Below, piece after piece: positions 25,678-28,965 of a stretch of DNA of 28,965 nucleotides; the stretch's first letter is position 1, and each line of letters starts with the position of its first letter. The stretch is from Desulfobacteraceae bacterium (lineage in GTDB: Bacteria > Desulfobacterota > Desulfobacteria > Desulfobacterales > Desulfococcaceae). Made by a program: the position numbers and the translations under genes. The notes under the pieces were generated by a model. The model made no database searches. It was not told the DNA's origin and saw only the letters and a program-made list of their open reading frames with translations. The DNA is taken from NCBI GenBank assembly GCA_041641935.1, contig JBEPXL010000002.1:1-28965 (forward strand), given 5' to 3'.

Positions 25678-26465
25678 ACGCTTTCCTTTTTTAACGCCAG
25701 TAATAAAAGCATTTCTTGATGAATCCTGCCGTTGGTCGCCAGAATTTCCGGTTGGTCGATGGAAAACGGGGAACCGGAAAAGTCCGTCACCTGTGCCCCG
25801 GCTTCCGCGGCAATCCGTATGCCTGCAGCCGTATCCCAGGGCTTCAGGTTCTGCTCCCAGAATCCGTCAAACCGCCCGCAGGCCAGCGAACAGAGGTCCA
25901 GGGCCGCCGAACCGAACCGGCGCACCCCCTGGGCGGCCCGTAAACAGGCAGAAAAACGGGCCATGAGAACATCAAATATTTCTTTGAAATTATAGGGAAA
26001 ACCGGTCACCAGAAGGCTTTCCGAAACCGCAGCGGTACCGGAAACATGAATGGGTCGGCCGTTTCGTTCCGCGCCCTTCCCTTCAACCGCGGTGAAGAGT
26101 TCACCGCTGACGGGATTCAGCACAACGCCGACAAGGACATCATCGCCCCGGGCAAAGGCGACGGAAACAGAAAAGTTGGGTACATTGTGGGCATAATTGG
26201 TGGTTCCGTCCAGCGGGTCGATGATCCACCGTGCCTCCGTGTTCCCCTGCTGCAGACCGCTTTCTTCCGCCAGAATGGTATGATCGGGATAGCGGGACCG
26301 GATCGTTTCGATGACGGCCTTTTCAGCGCCGATATCGGCTTCTGTGACGAGATCGATCGCCCCTTTTTTGTTGATGCTGGAGAGTTTGCCGAACCGGGAA
26401 TGGAGCAGACTGCCTCCCGCATAGGCGGCGGCGATGGCAGTTCGCCTGATTTGATCAATATCCAT
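25674..26465 (-). CDS. suhB: Inositol monophosphatase family protein (SuhB)
   Basis: DLVTEAD, LAEESG, WIIDPLDGTTNY, RRFGSAALDL, WDTAAG. Confidence 0.92.
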   Translation of the reverse strand: MDIDQIRRTAIAAAYAGGSLLHSRFGKLSSINKKGAIDLVTEADIGAEKAVIETIRSRYPDHTILAEESGLQQGNTEARWIIDPLDGTTNYAHNVPNFSVSVAFARGDDVLVGVVLNPVSGELFTAVEGKGAERNGRPIHVSGTAAVSESLLVTGFPYNFKEIFDVLMARFSACLRAAQGVRRFGSAALDLCSLACGRFDGFWEQNLKPWDTAAGIRIAAEAGAQVTDFSGSPFSIDQPEILATNGRIHQEMLLLLALKKESV

Positions 26466-26473
26466 GAAAGAAT

Positions 26474-26501
26474 AAATTATATATTTTTACTCGGATGTCA
26501 A
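26474..26501 (-). promoter_or_regulatory. Putative internal sigma70 promoter for suhB at the hflX 3' end
   Basis: A perfect TTGACA (26501-26496) is followed by an AT-rich stretch containing TATAAT at 14-nt spacing and TAATTT at 16-nt spacing. No SD before the suhB ATG. Confidence 0.45.
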
Positions 26502-28136
26502 GCCATAGATATCAAGTTTTTCAATTTCCCCGGTCATCCGCTGAATCAGCGGCAGCAGGGTTTCCCGCTTTCTGGCCGAAACGGGTATGCCGTCCAGTTT
26601 GCCTGCCAGCATCTCCCGTTCCTCCGATGAAACCTTGTCCTGCTTGTTGAGCACCCGGATCACGGCGACCGATTCCAGGTCGAGATCCGACAGAATTTTT
26701 TCCACCGAACGGATCTGCTCCTCATAGCGGGGATTGCCGATGTCGATGACATGGAGCAGCAGATCGGCACTGTAGAGTTCTTCAAGGGTCGCCCGGAAGG
26801 CAACCATCAGATCCCTGGGAAGGTCACGGATAAAACCGACCGTGTCGGTGATGATCACTTCAATATCCTGGGGAAACCGGAGACGCCGGCTCGTCGGGTC
26901 CAGGGTGGCAAACAGACGGCTCTCGGCCATCACATCGCTTTCGGTCAGGGTATTGAGCAGGGTCGATTTTCCGGCGTTGGTATACCCGATGATGGAGATG
27001 ACGGGCAGTTCCTTCTTGCTCCGTTTCGCCTTCTGCTGCTGGCGCTGCTTGATCACCTTGGAAAGGGACTTGTCCAGGCGGTTGATCCGGTCCCGGACCC
27101 GGCGCCGGTTGATCTCCAGCTTGGTTTCACCGGGCCCCCGGCCGCCGATGCCGCCGGTGAGGCGGGACATGGCCGTATTCTTGGTCACCAGCCGCGGCAG
27201 GAGATATTTGAGCTGGGCCAGCTCGACCTGGAGCTTGCCTTCCCGGGTCTGGGCCCGCTGGGCAAAAATATCGAGAATCAGCTGGGTCCGGTCGATCACC
27301 TTCAGTTCGGTCTGATCCGTAATGGAGCGGATCTGGGAAGGATTCAGCTCCTGATCAAAAATGATCAGTGAAATTCCTTTCTGCAGGGCCAGCAGAAGAA
27401 GTTCCTGGAGTTTGCCCCGCCCCATCAGGAAACGGGGATCAATTTTCTTCCGCTGCTGCAGCACCGTATCTGCCACATGGATGCCGCCGGATACGGCCAG
27501 TTCCCGGAGTTCCGCCAGCGAGTCTTCCGCTTCCCGCCGGGGGGCCGTGGTGACACTCACCAGTACCGCCCGCTCCTGCCCTTTTGCCCCCGTGTAAAGC
27601 GCCCGGAGCTGTGCCAGTTCATTTTCCAGCGCCCGGATCATGGCCGAACAGCCCAGGTTCAGCTGATTGGGGGGCAGCGGATCGAAAATCCGGTACGGGT
27701 TTTCCGGAGAACCTTCCGGAAGAATGTGGCCGACGTGAACCTCCCGCACACCGCCGTCGGGATTCATGGTCATGGCGGCCATCAGGTCCAGCCGCAGGAG
27801 GGCAAGGTCCGTCAGGTCATCGGATGTGAGGGCTTCATCCTTGAGATGGGTATGGATACACCGGATTCCCTTGAGACGGCCCGGCAGGGTCCGGTAGTCG
27901 GGCATGTCCGGTATCACGATCTTCTGGGCATCCCCGACAATGACACAGACGACCTTTCCGTTCCGGTCGATGAGGATACCGACCTGGCGGTGGAGTTCAT
28001 GGGAAATATGGGAAATATCTCGGGCCAGATCCGGTGTAATCAGGAATTCACCGGGAATGCGGCGGCGATAGAGGTTTTCAAGCCTGCGTGTCTGGCCTGA
28101 CTTGAGGCCGCTGAGGTTTCCGTAAACTTTTTTCAT
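26487..28136 (-). CDS. hflX: GTPase HflX, long form with extra N-terminal domain
   Basis: [30 protein letters not shown]1 [19 protein letters not shown]3 DTVG, G4 NKQD; ATGA overlap with the dnaB stop. Confidence 0.95.
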   Translation of the reverse strand: MKKVYGNLSGLKSGQTRRLENLYRRRIPGEFLITPDLARDISHISHELHRQVGILIDRNGKVVCVIVGDAQKIVIPDMPDYRTLPGRLKGIRCIHTHLKDEALTSDDLTDLALLRLDLMAAMTMNPDGGVREVHVGHILPEGSPENPYRIFDPLPPNQLNLGCSAMIRALENELAQLRALYTGAKGQERAVLVSVTTAPRREAEDSLAELRELAVSGGIHVADTVLQQRKKIDPRFLMGRGKLQELLLLALQKGISLIIFDQELNPSQIRSITDQTELKVIDRTQLILDIFAQRAQTREGKLQVELAQLKYLLPRLVTKNTAMSRLTGGIGGRGPGETKLEINRRRVRDRINRLDKSLSKVIKQRQQQKAKRSKKELPVISIIGYTNAGKSTLLNTLTESDVMAESRLFATLDPTSRRLRFPQDIEVIITDTVGFIRDLPRDLMVAFRATLEELYSADLLLHVIDIGNPRYEEQIRSVEKILSDLDLESVAVIRVLNKQDKVSSEEREMLAGKLDGIPVSARKRETLLPLIQRMTGEIEKLDIYGLTSE

Positions 28137-28965
28137 GACATACTGTCGGGCAGCATTCCTTCGGAGGCTGCGTTTTCAAACCGCGTATACTGGCCGATAA
28201 AGGTCAGCTTGGCAACCCCGATGGGGCCGTTCCGCTGTTTCCCCAGGATAACTTCGGCCATGCCCCGCTCGGGATTGTTTTCATCCTTGTTGTAGACTTC
28301 ATCCCGGTAAATAAAGGCCACCACGTCCGCGTCCTGCTCAATGCTGCCGCTTTCTCTCAAATCCGAGAGCATGGGACGCTTGTCTCCCCGCTCTTCCAGT
28401 TTGCGGTTGAGCTGGGAAAGGGCAAGAACCGGAATGTTCAGTTCCTTTGCCAGAGACTTCATTGATCGGGATATTTCCGAAATTTCCAGATCGCGCCGTT
28501 CCACATTGGCACGACCCCGCATCAGCTGGAGATAGTCGATAATCACCAGCCCCAGCCCTTTTTCGAGTTTGAGCCGGCGGCACTTGGCCCGGATATCGAC
28601 GGAGGTGAGATCCGGCGAATCATCGATATAAATGGGGCTGTCCGAGAGAACACTGGCCGCATTGGTCAGGGCATCCCAGTCTTCCCGGCTGAAAAATCCG
28701 CTTCGCAGCCGGTACGAATCGACCCGGGCTTCGGCACAGAGCATTCGCATGGAGAGCTGTTCCTTGGACATTTCCAGCGAGAAGACGGCGACGGGAACAC
28801 CGGCATCCACTGCCGCGTTCCGGGCGAGGTTGAGTGCAAAGGCGGTCTTTCCCATGGAAGGCCGGGCCGCAAGAATGATCAGATCCGACGGCTGAAAACC
28901 CGCCGTGAGCTGATCCAGACGGGTAAACCCTGTCGGTACGCCTGTGACCAGGGATTTGTTTCCCT
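28133..28965 (-). CDS. dnaB: Replicative DNA helicase DnaB, 5'-truncated by window edge
   Basis: The frame is open to the window end ([11 protein letters not shown]...[13 protein letters not shown]). [34 protein letters not shown] and KQRNGP are present; no intein in the visible part. Confidence 0.97.
   Translation of the reverse strand, partial: GNKSLVTGVPTGFTRLDQLTAGFQPSDLIILAARPSMGKTAFALNLARNAAVDAGVPVAVFSLEMSKEQLSMRMLCAEARVDSYRLRSGFFSREDWDALTNAASVLSDSPIYIDDSPDLTSVDIRAKCRRLKLEKGLGLVIIDYLQLMRGRANVERRDLEISEISRSMKSLAKELNIPVLALSQLNRKLEERGDKRPMLSDLRESGSIEQDADVVAFIYRDEVYNKDENNPERGMAEVILGKQRNGPIGVAKLTFIGQYTRFENAASEGMLPDSMS

Noticed and set aside
26487-28136. HflX about 120 aa longer than the E. 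coli protein
   Set aside because: Long-form HflX with an extra N-terminal domain is already known in this and other lineages.
1-28965. CRISPR arrays, tRNA/rRNA genes, known riboswitches, inteins
   Set aside because: No regularly spaced repeats, cloverleaf or riboswitch consensus seen, and no insertions in dnaB, recB or uvrA. A by-eye scan cannot replace an Infernal/tRNAscan run.

Overview
Chromosomal window of roughly 55-58% GC (by eye) from what looks like a Desulfobacterota (Desulfobacterales-like) bacterium. This is inferred from the split F0 operon atpZ-I-B-E, the long-form HflX, a GG-C-F-I surface-protein tail and a CCG-domain Fe-S protein. Housekeeping genes are recB, fumC, pyrK, atpZIBE, uvrA, suhB, hflX and a 5'-truncated dnaB. 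Accessory or poorly characterised content: (i) a vWA/PKD surface protein coupled to an OmpA-barrel + OmpA_C + AMIN fusion; (ii) a low-GC islet with an alpha-class SPPY amino-methyltransferase and a probable PD-(D/E)xK endonuclease; (iii) a tight minus-strand run of GlpC/HdrD-like protein, anti-sigma kinase, STAS, tandem double-Nudix and Zn-ribbon protein; (iv) a divergent second DnaA, transcribed away from uvrA, with altered Walker motifs and an altered DNA-recognition helix; (v) a 65-aa four-cysteine microprotein coupled to suhB. I found no rRNA, tRNA, CRISPR array, transposase or integrase. The best candidates for undescribed biology are the DnaA paralog with its shared uvrA control region, the RM islet, the partner-switch/Nudix operon and the Cys-rich surface pair. 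All functional links proposed for these are inference, and no database search was run.
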